64,000 nucleotides of DNA from Bdellovibrionales bacterium (GCA_965262715.1 OZ253553.1:1-64000), one strand, 5' to 3'. Shown: positions 27,012-38,908, numbered from the stretch's first letter. Program-made: numbers and translations. The notes: a model not told the origin generated them from the letters alone.

Positions 27012-28334
27012 ATGAAAAAAATAAAAAAAATAAGATTTGATGCCTTAGCTGGATATATTAGAAATTCTGGAACTCAACTAATAGGTAAAGAACTTCAATG
27101 GTATGAAGAAAAAAATATCCTCGGCTTAATTTTTTTTGACTACACCGATAAATTATATAATACGATTATTCTTGGTCAGGATGAGAACTTAAAATATAGA
27201 TGTATAGACATAGCTTGTGATTTTCATTCAAAACATCTAGCAGAGAAAGATATTCAGAAAAAAATAACCTATTGGATAAAACAGCCAAGAAATGCTTTTT
27301 TTCAAGGAGATGGACAAAAAGGTGGCCTAGATTTTCTCAAACCTTTATTTCCAAAAGAAAAACTAAATGATTATTTTAAACTACTAGTATTTGATAAAAC
27401 TTATCTTCCAGCTAATCAATTAATTTCATATCTGATGAGATATTATGAGACAGATGACGTTAAACCCGTCAATCAATTTCAAAGAGAGGGATTTCATTCC
27501 AGATTATGGGAGCTATATTTATATGCGATGTTATCAGAAAATAATTTTTTATTTGAAAAAACTAATAAAATAGATTTTCTATGTGAAAACCTTAATGGAA
27601 AAATAGCTATTGAAGCAACTGCTATTAATCCAGAAGAACCAAATAAACTATTTAATAATACACCTTATAGTAAATGCAAATCCATTCAAGAAGTTCATGA
27701 AGAAAATGATAAACAATTTGATCACAGATGCATAAAAATAAGTAAAGTATTAATGAGAAAATTAAGAAAGAAATACTGGGAACAGTTTAATGATATTCCT
27801 TTAATAATAGCAATACAAGATTTTCATGCTCCATTTTCATCTCAAACATTAGTTCCTCACATGATGAGTTTTCTATATGGTGAAAAGCTAGTAGAAAAAA
27901 GTAAAATATATAAATTAATAAATATAAGTGATCATAAATACCAAAATAGAAGAATAAAATCCAATTTTTTTAAAGCACCAGGATCTGAATATATAAGTGC
28001 GGTTATGTGCAACACCCAAGCAACACTGCCTAAATTCAACCGCATAGGAATAGTAGCTGGATTTAAACCTAGTGATGATATTTCAATTCAAAGATCTATA
28101 AATTTTATTGAAAATGGAGATCTCAGTAAAATTAAAAATGTAAATTTAGATGTAAAGCACGATAACTACTTTGAAACATGGTCAGAAGGATTAAATATCT
28201 TTCACAATCCTAACGCTAAAGTCCCTTTAGATCCAGACATTTTCCCAAACACATTTCACTATTATGTAGATAGAGATAGTATTTATCCTTCACTGTATAT
28301 CTTAAATTCCACAAGTCTTCGTCTGGAAAAATGA
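27012..28334 (+). CDS. Conserved hypothetical protein with a probable PD-(D/E)xK nuclease fold
   Basis: FQREGFHSRLWELYL, IDFL...IAIEAT and WSEGLNIFHNPNA motifs. Confidence 0.6.
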   Translation: MKKIKKIRFDALAGYIRNSGTQLIGKELQWYEEKNILGLIFFDYTDKLYNTIILGQDENLKYRCIDIACDFHSKHLAEKDIQKKITYWIKQPRNAFFQGDGQKGGLDFLKPLFPKEKLNDYFKLLVFDKTYLPANQLISYLMRYYETDDVKPVNQFQREGFHSRLWELYLYAMLSENNFLFEKTNKIDFLCENLNGKIAIEATAINPEEPNKLFNNTPYSKCKSIQEVHEENDKQFDHRCIKISKVLMRKLRKKYWEQFNDIPLIIAIQDFHAPFSSQTLVPHMMSFLYGEKLVEKSKIYKLINISDHKYQNRRIKSNFFKAPGSEYISAVMCNTQATLPKFNRIGIVAGFKPSDDISIQRSINFIENGDLSKIKNVNLDVKHDNYFETWSEGLNIFHNPNAKVPLDPDIFPNTFHYYVDRDSIYPSLYILNSTSLRLEK

Positions 28335-28626
28335 TAACAGAAAATGCTTCAAAAAATATCTTTAATTGTTTGCACTATAAACTTTTTAACATAATAATCT
28401 CAAGTAAATATAAATATTCAAAGAAGAGTCTCTTTAAAAAGACCCTTGCTATACCCCTCTGATGTTAGCAAGTTTTTATGGTCATCTAGATGTTGTAAGG
28501 AATTTAATTGATTCTGCCATAACTTAATTATGACATAAAAAGATACACAGTGAAAAATTTTATTAGAAAAGCTAAGTGTGGCACAGCATATTGAATTCTC
28601 ATAGAGGCTCAAAGAAATAAATTAAA

Positions 28627-28983
28627 CTATTCTTTTATACCTTCTAAAGCCTGTTTTATGTCATCTAAGTCATCTTTTATATTATTTATTTCTTGCCTTA
28701 TGTCATCTAAGCTATACAAGCCTTCTATATTACTTACATCTATCTCATCTACTTTGTCTTTTATATCATCTAAGCTAGATATCCCATTTATATTACTGAC
28801 ATCTACATCTATTTTTCCGATTTCATTTTCTATCCTATCTATTTTTAAACCTAATAAAAGCAAAGAATAAAGAATCAACCCAATAGGATCACTTTTAAGA
28901 ATATCTCCATCTAATTTGAGTTGTTTTTCATTCAATTTTATAAAATCTATTAATGTTTTGGATAGATCATCAAGGCCACTCAT
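28627..28983 (-). CDS. Hypothetical acidic coiled-coil protein with a short internal repeat
   Basis: DVSNI.G..SLDDI occurs twice. Confidence 0.6.
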   Translation of the reverse strand: MSGLDDLSKTLIDFIKLNEKQLKLDGDILKSDPIGLILYSLLLLGLKIDRIENEIGKIDVDVSNINGISSLDDIKDKVDEIDVSNIEGLYSLDDIRQEINNIKDDLDDIKQALEGIKE

Positions 28984-29324
28984 GTTATTTTTATCGGTGA
29001 ATTTTAATTTTTCCTCAAATCGAATTTAACGATACTTGAGAATGGTTTCATAAAATACTAAAGAGTTATGTTACATTGCCTATCTCAAAAATAAGCAGGT
29101 TTAAAAAATATCTAAAAAATTCATTTTAGAAAGTATGAGTTATATAGTAAAAGCACTTTGGAAGTTCCATTAAAATCACCTATTATTTCAATAACATGTC
29201 CTAAAATATAAGTTTTATTTCCATCTTATACAACCATTCATAAAATTCTCTCTATCAGTTTGATTTACAAAATGAACCCGAGATATACTTTTAAGCTCCA
29301 GCAATTGAAGATAGGAGATATTAA

Positions 29325-29855
29325 ATGTCAAAGTTAAGCTTTACTAACTCCTTACTAAAAAATCCTGATCAGGTAAATATCCATTATAGTTGCGCTAGCT
29401 ATGGCAGGTGCATGTCATATATAAAACATTTAATTGAAGAAATTTCTGTTTTGCATAAAGAGTTTCGACAAATAGAAAATCAAAGATTAAATGATAGACA
29501 GCCTTACCTTATCCGTTATATCTACCTAAGTTTTAGGACAATACTAGAACAAATAGCAATTGCTATTGCATTGGCAAATAAAGATGAAGTATTTTTTACA
29601 AAAAATAAAAAACTATTTGATAATTTATCAGGTTGGAATTGGAGGTATATCTTTAAATCAACAAGAAAGGTCAATGAAAAATTTTATCCATATCCTAAAA
29701 ATATCAAAACTAATAACTACTTGACACAATCAAAATATAAGGAATTTTACAAATTTGCAAGTGACTGTGTTCATGCAAAAAATACAATTGATATAAACAA
29801 AGATTACTTCAGAATTAAAGAGAAGAAATTAATTTTACCATTTTTTCCGGCTTAA
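29325..29855 (+). CDS. Hypothetical protein, possibly a divergent HEPN-like helical protein
   Basis: RBS AGGAG; FRTILEQIA..NEKFYPYP..YKFASDCVHA pattern. Confidence 0.55.
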   Translation: MSKLSFTNSLLKNPDQVNIHYSCASYGRCMSYIKHLIEEISVLHKEFRQIENQRLNDRQPYLIRYIYLSFRTILEQIAIAIALANKDEVFFTKNKKLFDNLSGWNWRYIFKSTRKVNEKFYPYPKNIKTNNYLTQSKYKEFYKFASDCVHAKNTIDINKDYFRIKEKKLILPFFPA

Positions 29856-30017
29856 TACAGATGATACAGCAAGTCTTATTTGTGATACATTAGTATTATT
29901 TTCTTATAAATACTCTTAGATTTTATTTAAAAATAAAACAGAAAAATTCTAAGAAGAATATCCATTAAGTGGAATTTATTTTATTTATCGTGATCTTAGA
30001 AAAACACTAGAAGAAAA

Positions 30018-31342
30018 TGTAACTTCAAATCGTAAGTGCAACTCTTTTGTGTTTATAGATATTTTTAAAAGTTGTATCATTTTAGGATTAATATTCCAAC
30101 AAAGTTTTAATTATCATAAAAGATTATTGTAAATTATTTAATTTGAATGAATGTATTTTGATATTTATGGCAAAGTCTCGTAGTCCTCGAGCTAAAGCTC
30201 TGCGGAAGAACGATTCTTTGCCATAAATATCAAGATTTACTTACTAAAAACTGTTATATAGGATAAGTAATGTTGAATTAATAATAACTTCAGCAAACCA
30301 TCTTCTGTCTATGAAACTCATTAGGACTTAGATAACCTAAACTCTTACGAGGACGATTGTTTAAAAGAACTTCAACTCTTTTTACATCCTTTTGAGTGAT
30401 CTTTCTGAAATCTGTCTTCTTTGGAAAATACTGACGGATTAAACCATTTGTGTTCTCATTTAAACCTCGCTCATAAGAACTGTAAGGATGTGTAAAATAA
30501 ACTTTACATCCGGTATATTTACTGATCTTCTCATGACATGAAAACTCTTTACCATTATCCAAAGTCATTGTACGAACAATCTCTCCTTTAAGAGCTTTAG
30601 AAATAGCATGAAAAACGGCTTCAGATCTCTTAGATTCTATTTTGACGATCCTCGTCTTCTTAGAGCATCTATCTACAAGTGTCACTAAAGCTCCCTTGTG
30701 ATTTCTTCCTATCATCAGATCACCTTCTATATCTCCTATCCGAAGCTTCTTATCTACTATCTGAGGCCTCTTATCAATACTCACCCTATTCTGTATCTGA
30801 CCCCTTTTATCAAATCTACTTGTACCATATCGCTTCTTCCGTTTTTTCTGACATCTTAAAAATTTGTAGAGAGAACCTCCTGATTTCTTATCTCGTAGAA
30901 TATGCTGATAAATACTCTCATGACTTATAGACAAACCTTTTAGTTTAAGAAAACCGGATATCTGTTCCGGACTCAAACGATCACGAAGAAACCTCTCAAG
31001 CTTATTAATGACTTTTTGTGTTATCTTTATATGTCTATGAGAGTTTTGAAGACGATAAACCGCTTTTTCATGGGCTTGTTGATGGCGATAACCTCGCAAA
31101 CCTTTGTTACGATTCAATTCCCTATATATGGTGCTTTTATCTCGACCTAGCTGAGTAGCAATTGAACTTATTGATTTTCCACTTTGCAAAAAAGCTAAAA
31201 TCTGGTATCTCTCACATTGGGTTAGATGAGTGTACTTGCTCATGGAATACTCCTTTCATTATTTAAAGCGATTGATTAGAGTATTCCTCTAACCCACTTT
31301 AAATAACTACGCAAGGAGTTGCACTTACGACTTGAATCCACC
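30018..31342 (-). mobile_element. IS30-family element, copy 1
   Basis: Imperfect ~27-bp TIRs (ttcaa(a/g)tcgtaagtgcaactc); full transposase ORF. Confidence 0.93.
30290..31243 (-). CDS. IS30-family transposase
   Basis: HTH STIYREL, GDIEGD, DNGKEF, ERGLNENTNGLIRQYFPK and NNRPRKSL motifs. Confidence 0.95.
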   Translation of the reverse strand: MSKYTHLTQCERYQILAFLQSGKSISSIATQLGRDKSTIYRELNRNKGLRGYRHQQAHEKAVYRLQNSHRHIKITQKVINKLERFLRDRLSPEQISGFLKLKGLSISHESIYQHILRDKKSGGSLYKFLRCQKKRKKRYGTSRFDKRGQIQNRVSIDKRPQIVDKKLRIGDIEGDLMIGRNHKGALVTLVDRCSKKTRIVKIESKRSEAVFHAISKALKGEIVRTMTLDNGKEFSCHEKISKYTGCKVYFTHPYSSYERGLNENTNGLIRQYFPKKTDFRKITQKDVKRVEVLLNNRPRKSLGYLSPNEFHRQKMVC

Positions 31343-31505
31343 AAAGATTAAAAAAGAATATCAATTATAAAAAGTTTTTTTAAGACAAAAAATGCTAGTT
31401 TATACACTTGATTGAATGTAAGACGTAAAGCGTTTTAAAAACAACTTTAGTAATGACAAAGCAAGATTTATGAACTATTAGACTTAAGAGTTTTAAGAGT
31501 GGCAT

Positions 31506-31925
31506 TTAAATAGCTACAAATGTTAAACGATAATCCCTATAAGCAGCTTTTATAATAACTTTTCTTTTATGTGCCATGGCAACACCAATAATGCCAACCG
31601 TTGCACCTATGGCAGCCCCTTTAGGGCCTAAGAAGCGACTACCTAACCAAGCACCTGCTAAACCTGCACCAATATAACAAACAGCAACACCCGCCTTCTT
31701 AAGAATATTATTTGTTTGCTTATCTTTAGAATAAAAGCGAATACCTTTTTCTTTTTGTGCCTTTAAGTACTTTATTAAACTTTTCTCATCTTTAAACTTC
31801 ATAAACACCCTTTCATTAAAGAGTTTATCATGGTTATTAAGTTTATTAAAGATTTCTAATCTTTTATTTTCTTTTGAATCATTCTGATCTAAATACTCTA
31901 TAAAAGAAAAAAGATATTGATACAT
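31506..31925 (-). CDS. Hypothetical membrane protein with a glycine-zipper motif
   Basis: GAGLAGAWLGSRFLGPKGAAIGATVG. Confidence 0.6.
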   Translation of the reverse strand: MYQYLFSFIEYLDQNDSKENKRLEIFNKLNNHDKLFNERVFMKFKDEKSLIKYLKAQKEKGIRFYSKDKQTNNILKKAGVAVCYIGAGLAGAWLGSRFLGPKGAAIGATVGIIGVAMAHKRKVIIKAAYRDYRLTFVAI

Positions 31926-32144
31926 CTAATAAATGTATTGCATTTAAACAACATATCTAAAGCTATATTTATTTATGGTTTATGACAACTTAAGGTATTA
32001 TAAACTTGCAAATATTTCATTTCAAAACATATTCTTCTAGGTCCTTAAAAAAAAGAGTAAATATAAACTCTATTTTAGGTTAAGTTTTTAATAACATGCC
32101 GATAGTTAAATTATGAACTTGCTCTTTGTCTCTGTCTTTGGTGG

Positions 32145-33461
32145 TGGTCTGTACCCCATAAACTGGAGAGTTAAGTGATAAAGTAACTCACTTGAGATTC
32201 CTGAATTTTAGCTATAAAAAGCTATAAGATCAGGAGGAAGATCATGGGCAAAGTAAGAAGACGATTTAATGTTGAATTTAAGGAAGCTATTTGTAAATCG
32301 ATGCATGAAGGCAGATCTTTGTTAGAGATTTGCCGGGAGCATCAACTTCATCGCCAAACAGTCTTAGAGTGGTTTAAGAAGTATCAACAAGGGACACCTT
32401 TGGGAAACCCTTCATCAAGGGAGAGATCTCTAGAGAGACAAATATATGCTCTTCAGGCAAAGGTAGGACAGCTCAGCTTAGAAAACGAGTTTTTAAAAAA
32501 AGCCAAAAAGGAGCTTCAACAGAGGAAAAGCGTAGGATCGTCGGTAATCACTGGAAAGAATTTGGATCAATTTCAAAAACGTGTAAAGCGTTAGGGTTAC
32601 CTTTAAGTAGCTACTATTACAAGAGAAAGATTTCACAGCAAGAGCGAGAGCAAAGGGATTTTGATTTGAAAGAGCAGATTGAGAGGATACAGTGTAAATA
32701 CCCGATGTATGGAATACGTCGTATTCAATTGGAACTTGAGCAAGAGAAGAGTATTAAAGCCAACCACAAGAGGATTGCTCGCATTATGCGGAAATACGGT
32801 TTAAAGGCTTTGATTTACAAAGGTTTTAAGGTTTCAACCACGGATTCTAAACATTCAAATCGAGTTTATCCGAATTTAACTTTTGGCATTGAAGTGAATA
32901 GACCCAACCAGCTTTGGGTAACAGATATCACATACATTAGGATTCAAGATGGTTTTGTTTTTTTAGCAGTGATTTTAGATATTTTTTCAAGGAAGATTGT
33001 AGGGTGGGCTATTTCTAGAGAGATCAACACAGATCTTTGTTTAGGAGCTTTAGAGATGAGTTTAGATCAGAGATCAGATACTAAAGGATGTATTCATCAT
33101 AGTGATCAAGGTGTTCAATACACCAGTAAAGATTATACCTACAAGCTTAAAGAAAAAGGCTTTAAGATCAGTATGTCGAGAAAAGCCAATTGTTGGGATA
33201 ATGCATTTGTTGAATCTTTCTTTAGCTCTTTAAAACGAGAAGAGGTTCATCTGTGTGAATATAAAACTTTTGAAGATGTGTTAAGAAGTATTCCAAAGTT
33301 TATCGAAGGTATGTATAATAAAAAAAGGCGACATTCTTCATTAGGTTACTTATCACCTAATGAATTTGAAGCTAAATGGAAAACAGGAGAATTAACAACA
33401 ATGGGAATCTCAGCAGTGAGTAAAATATGGAACGGATCCTCCAAATAAAGGGTACACCTCA
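32145..33461 (+). mobile_element. IS3-family element with a 3-bp target duplication (TGG)
   Basis: TG...CA ends; TIRs tggtctgtacccc / gggtacacctca; TGG on both sides. Confidence 0.93.
32244..33448 (+). CDS. IS3 transposase OrfA/OrfB joined by a -1 frameshift
   Basis: OrfA HTH; A7G slippery site at 32495-32502 with the -1 frame open into WVTDITY / HHSDQG / ESFF (DDE). Confidence 0.9.
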
Positions 33462-35428
33462 TGGAGTGGCTCTTTTCAGTTTAACTGGTTTTATCCGTTA
33501 TACTTTATTATATCGCTCTAAAAGAGTACAAAGGTTGGAAAAGACACATTTTCCATCTTATGATATAGGAAGTTTTATTAAAGAGTTTCGTAAGCCGAAA
33601 TTAGATGCTCAGTCTGATGTCATTCAAGCTTCAAATATTTTGAATTCAAACAATTTAAAAACAAATCCAAAACACCATGATTTACCTATAGCTCCAGTTA
33701 TAGGTGATAGTGTTATTGCTGGAGCAAATGTATTTTATCAATATATGTGTATAGATAATCATGTCTATGAAGGGATATCTAGATTATCAGGTGAAAGTAT
33801 AGATAACTTTTCTGATCTATCAGCAAAAGTACATACTTATAGCAATGATTATCAAGGACTTACAGAGGGTGCTCTAAATAAGCTTAAAGGAAGTGTAGCT
33901 GAAAGCCATGTTGCTGAACATTTTAAGGAAGCTGGTGTAGAAGTAGTTTGGCCAGAATCTTCTAATCAAGAGGGATGGGATTTATTGTTAAATGGTAATC
34001 AAGTGAATGTCAAACTGGTCAGTGACGCTAATAATTTGGCAGAACACTTTAAAGAAAACTCTCAGATTCCTGTTGTGATCCCATCTGATGCAGATAATAT
34101 TCCAGAAACAGCATTTCATTTTGATCCCTCTGAAGGGGTAGATCATTTATTTGATTATCTTAAAGACAATCCTGAAAACGTAGTTATCGTAAATGAAAGT
34201 CTTTCTTCTGCAGATCTTACAGAGAGTGTTGAAGAAGGTACAGATTTTGCTTTAGGTGTTGATGAAGGTATTCCCGGCTTTAACTTTCCATTGGTCACAG
34301 CAGCTGTTTCAGGTTGGCGTGAAATCAAGCTTCTTGACAAGGGGCATACAGAAATGGAGACTTCTCTTAAAAATATAGGTCTCGATGTAGCTGGTATAGG
34401 AGTTGGCTTAGGTGTAGGGGCAGAGGCTGGTGCAGTGGTAGGCTCTCTTATTTTGCCCGGTATTGGAACAGCTATAGGTGGGGTTTTAGGGGGCCTATTT
34501 GGTGCTACTGTAGGTCGAGAGATCACAAATGATGTAAAAGAAGAACCCCTTAAAGAGGCAAAAAAGAAAATGAAAAAAACAGTTAAAAACCTTAAAAAAG
34601 AAACTCAAAAAACAGCTATAAAATATAAAAAGCAGTTTAATCAAGATCAGAAAATAGAGCAAAATGAATTAAAAAAACAAGCCCTTCAAGCAAAACAAAA
34701 AATTAATAATGAAGTCAAAAGTTTAAGACTGTGGTCTATAGAAAAAGAAAAACCTTCAAGACACTTAAAACAAAATTTATTGAAGAATATTTCTGATGAG
34801 GTTATGTCTATTAAACAATTAGAATGGAGTGACTATCTTTGGCCTAATCCACAAACAATTGTATGCCTAAAGAAAAGGAGCGTTATTAAAGCTTTAAGAG
34901 TGAAGATTGAAAATGATTCATATGTAGATAGAGCTAGTCTGTTTGAAATGTGTGCAAAAGAAGGCTTATGTCGTTCATATATTCTTTCTGATATAAAAAG
35001 AACAGAAGAAGACAGAAAAATGCATGAAAGTCAATTAACTGATAGTATTAGAGAAAAACAAGATACCTTGTTAAACCAACGCTTAACCAGTATGAAAAAA
35101 CTTTCCTCAAAAGTCACAGAATACACTCAGCAAATAAGAAAAGAGTTATCTCCTTATATTCATCAAGTTAAAATTTTTCAAGATTATGTTCAGAAAGAGG
35201 CTCGAAAGTTAGGAAAAAACATTGAAAAAGCAAAAGCTGCTTAGTAAATTTTTTGATGAACAGAATTAAAATAACATAAAGGTTAAGATGATTAATAATT
35301 AAAGTAATTTTTGAAAATATTCTATTAAAATAAAAGGGTATGGGGCTATATCTCTTATTTTCTAATAAACTTTATAGAATCAGACATTTATATCTATTTC
35401 TTTACAGTTATTAGAGAGGTTAAAAAGG

Positions 35429-36730
35429 ATGAATAATAAAGTATGCTCAAATTGTTTTATTGATAGTGGGTTAAGAGCTTATGTAAAAAATAATGGTAAA
35501 GATAGAGGTTGTACTTACTGTAAAAGCAAAGAAGTAAAAAGCCTAGACTTTCAAGCTTTAATAGACTTTATGTTTGAAGAGATTAAGAAAGTATATCCTC
35601 CTCAACCTAATTTACAGGCGCTAAATCCATCTCTAGATCATTTAACACATGTAATCACAGAAAATTTAACCCCTCTTTACAAAATAACAGAAAGAGATCT
35701 AACAGAAAAAGACCCTTTATTAACAGATATTATTACCTCTCTGAAGAATAAGTCACAGTATTGGTATGTTGAAAAAGACAAAGACGAAAGAATGATATGG
35801 CATCAATGGCGTCTATTTTCTCACAATATATCATATATAGATCGAATTTTTATTTCTGATGAGGATTTAAAGCTTTTGAAAACAATAGAAAAATTAATAA
35901 ATAAGTATAATTTAAAAACTATTTTAAAAAAAGAAAAAACCTTATTTCATAGAGCTAGAGCTTTTAAACAGAAATCAATTGCTAAGATGATTATAAATTA
36001 TGCAAATTTTCCTAAACCATCTGCCATAGAACACCAAAAAAATGGCCAAGTTATATATACAGCAAATTTAAATAAATCTACTCCACAGGAAATCAGAGAT
36101 ATATTATTGTCCATCTTAGGCCCTCCTTTATCAGAAGATATAAAAAATCAATCTACTCGTATTAGTCCTGCTGGCATACCCGTTTTTTATTGCTCCACTG
36201 ATCCAATTGTTGCCATAGGAGAAGTTGCTCTAAGTTGGGGAAAAAATATTAAGCAACAAAGCGGAGTTTGGGTAGGTGATAATATTCCAATAGCTGTATT
36301 CAATCTAAACAGAGACATCCCTATTATTGATTTCAGTAAAATTAATATTCCATCTTTTTTTGAAGCAAGCTCTAACAAAAAAGAAAGAAGTGAAATGGTA
36401 TTTTTATCTTTAATTATTAAATCTTTTTCTAATCCAATCAAAAAAGATGGCCGTGAACATACAGAATATGTACCAACACAAAATCTCTCTAATTTTTTAA
36501 AAAATCAGTTTTTTAGTTTTAGTTCATTAAAAAGTTGTCCATTAGGAATTAAATACCCAAGCGTAACGGATAAGGGAACAGAAGGTAAAGGATTCTCATA
36601 CGCATTTTTCATAAGAAGAGATGACCCACGTTTTGAAGACATCTTTTCATTAAAGTCTATACAAACTGCAAAATTTAAATCCGGACCTGTCATGGATAAT
36701 AATAAAGGCAGATATGTGCAGATATCTTAA
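35429..36730 (+). CDS. RES-domain protein with an N-terminal Cys-pair (HEPN/RES-NTD-like) domain
   Basis: CxxC..CxxC, FHRAR, RISPAGIPVFYCS, EYVPTQ and GIKYPS motifs. Confidence 0.82.
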   Translation: MNNKVCSNCFIDSGLRAYVKNNGKDRGCTYCKSKEVKSLDFQALIDFMFEEIKKVYPPQPNLQALNPSLDHLTHVITENLTPLYKITERDLTEKDPLLTDIITSLKNKSQYWYVEKDKDERMIWHQWRLFSHNISYIDRIFISDEDLKLLKTIEKLINKYNLKTILKKEKTLFHRARAFKQKSIAKMIINYANFPKPSAIEHQKNGQVIYTANLNKSTPQEIRDILLSILGPPLSEDIKNQSTRISPAGIPVFYCSTDPIVAIGEVALSWGKNIKQQSGVWVGDNIPIAVFNLNRDIPIIDFSKINIPSFFEASSNKKERSEMVFLSLIIKSFSNPIKKDGREHTEYVPTQNLSNFLKNQFFSFSSLKSCPLGIKYPSVTDKGTEGKGFSYAFFIRRDDPRFEDIFSLKSIQTAKFKSGPVMDNNKGRYVQIS

Positions 36731-36790
36731 TAATAATTCAGACACATCTCGACAATATAAATATTAACATTCCAAAGAAAGTTTAGAGTA

Positions 36791-38338
36791 ATGATTCAAA
36801 AAATAGCAAAAGACTATTTTAAAAATATTGAAGATGACCTTCTTAAAGAAGGCTTTAAGGCCTTTTCTAGAATTAGAAAATATGAAATAAGACAAAAAGA
36901 TCACAGAATAGAGCTATATATTCCACCTCCAAAAACATCTTCTGGAAAAATTCAATACCAGTGTCCTAATAGTAAGTGTAACCTTCAATTTTATATAGAA
37001 TTTCAATCTATAGAAAAAATATCAATGACATGTCCATATTGTGGAAAATCTTCTGAAGAAGAACAATTTGTATCAGAACAAAATAAAGTCAATATAATAG
37101 AAGAAGTTTGTTTCGCATTTTATCAAGACTGCTTAGAAATTTTTAAAAAATCATTTAAAAAAAGAATATATCAATTGCATCTTTTAAAACTATACAAAAC
37201 TAATAAAATTTTTGAAGAAGCTAAAGAATTGAGCTTTGGTATGCACAAGGCTTTTTTACTTTATTTCATAAAACCAAATAACGAAGAAGTTCCTAAATCA
37301 AGTCTATTGCTTACATTACGTGTTGGTACAGCGGTAGAGACAAAATTGTTACATAAAATAAAAAAACTTAAATTTGAAGATATAAAAAAGAAATTTAGTA
37401 TAGGCATTAATAATTACATTAAAAATCCCAATTATCCCAAAAAAGGCTCTCAATATTTTTCTATTGGTATTAATATCTCATATAAGTTGCCTTCAGAAAA
37501 GGTTAACCCTGTTAGAGAAGACCTTTTAAGGAATATTAAATGCATTAAGTGTTCGAATGAATACGGAATTTATGAGATAGGGTTTTTTTGTCCAATTTGT
37601 GGGACATATAATTTAAAACATCATTTTAATAGGGAAAAAGAATTGATAGAAAAACAATTAGAAGAAGCTGAGAAAAAAAAGAAAGAAGATAAAGAATACA
37701 GTTATCGTCTATTTGGGAATGCTCATGAAGATGTTCTAACAACTTTTGAAACCTATCTAAAAAAAATATTTTTTATGGTGAAATCTACAGTTTTCCAAAA
37801 TAGTTTTTATGAAAAAGATAATAATCAAAAACGTCTATCATTTCCTAACAACCTGTTTAAAACAACACTCTCAATAATAAGATTTTCTACTTTTTTCAAG
37901 AGCTCTTGCAAAAAAAATAACAATCAATATTATTTATCTTTTCAAAATATTAATAAAATAAAAAATCACTATAAACAAATTAAACTAAATCCATTCAGAT
38001 GTCTTACTAATAAAGAAAAGAAAGAACTTGAATTATATATTCAAGAACGACATCTCTTTGGACATAACCTAGGAATAGTTGATGAAAAATTTAAGAATAA
38101 ACATTATACTAAAGAAAGATTTAAAGAAAATATAATCTTAATAAATAATGAAACAATCCTATATTTTCTTTCTATCTGTCAAAAAGTTATTTTTTCTATC
38201 TCAGATGAAATAGAAAAAAGGTGCTGGATACAAAAAAAGACTTTTAATCTTAATTTATCTAAAGAAGTTAATCTGTTAGAAGACGACTTAGAAGTTATTG
38301 AATTACTCAAAAAATCTTGTTATTTAAAAGAACAATAG
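36791..38338 (+). CDS. Zn-ribbon plus HEPN-like protein
   Basis: CPxxxC, CPYCG, CxxC and CPICG pairs; C-terminal Rx4H motif QERHLFGHNLGIVD. Confidence 0.7.
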   Translation: MIQKIAKDYFKNIEDDLLKEGFKAFSRIRKYEIRQKDHRIELYIPPPKTSSGKIQYQCPNSKCNLQFYIEFQSIEKISMTCPYCGKSSEEEQFVSEQNKVNIIEEVCFAFYQDCLEIFKKSFKKRIYQLHLLKLYKTNKIFEEAKELSFGMHKAFLLYFIKPNNEEVPKSSLLLTLRVGTAVETKLLHKIKKLKFEDIKKKFSIGINNYIKNPNYPKKGSQYFSIGINISYKLPSEKVNPVREDLLRNIKCIKCSNEYGIYEIGFFCPICGTYNLKHHFNREKELIEKQLEEAEKKKKEDKEYSYRLFGNAHEDVLTTFETYLKKIFFMVKSTVFQNSFYEKDNNQKRLSFPNNLFKTTLSIIRFSTFFKSSCKKNNNQYYLSFQNINKIKNHYKQIKLNPFRCLTNKEKKELELYIQERHLFGHNLGIVDEKFKNKHYTKERFKENIILINNETILYFLSICQKVIFSISDEIEKRCWIQKKTFNLNLSKEVNLLEDDLEVIELLKKSCYLKEQ

Positions 38339-38545
38339 ATCATTTTTAACTTTAATAAAAATTAAGTCTATATTTGTCTTAAAGAGATAAATATTTTTTA
38401 GAAGATTTTACACAAATTGTGGTAGTTAATTATAATAAAAGATTTTTTGCAATATAAACAGCACCAATTCTTACAAGCTATGCTTGTGCTGCAAGTAGTA
38501 AGGCTGGAGCAAATACAATACCTATCTCCATTTCCATTCTTATCT

Positions 38546-38711
38546 CTTAAATCATCAGAAAGGTAGCTTTGTGTTAGTGAGCTTTTTGGCAAGGTCTTCT
38601 GAGGATGAAAATCCCTTTTTAATTCTATTAACAGTCACTTTCTCAACATCAAATAAAATCTCCTTAGCACAATAACTTGATCCAAGTAGCAATGAGATAT
38701 TTATAATCAAT
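38546..38711 (-). repeat. Island module, part B (only copy without the +1 frameshift; 5' end cut by an IS30 end)
   Basis: Homologous to 41259-41460, 46315-46475 and 54241-54450; translates IINISLLLGSSYCAKEILFDVEKVTVNRIKKGFSSSEDLAKKLTNTKLPF*. Confidence 0.85.
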
Positions 38712-38908
38712 CGTAACTTCAAATCACAAGTGCAACTCTTTTGTGTTTATAGATATTTTTAAAAGTTGTATCATTTTAAGATTAATATTTCAACAAAGTT
38801 TTAATTATCATGAAAGATTATTGTAAATTATTTAATTTGAATGAATGTATTTTGATGTTTATGGCAAAGCCAAAGTAGTCCTTAAGCTAAAGCTCTGCGG
38901 AAGAACGA
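38712..38908 (-). mobile_element. IS30 right-end remnant
   Basis: Near-identical to 30018-30213 and to the reverse complement of 44237-44432. Confidence 0.9.

Larger units (their letters stand above)
32113..35244 (+). pseudogene. Glycine-zipper/coiled-coil protein interrupted at codon 11 by IS3
   Basis: Removing the IS and one TGG copy restores MNLLFVSVFGGVALFSLTGF..., in frame with ORF 33427-35244. Confidence 0.85.
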
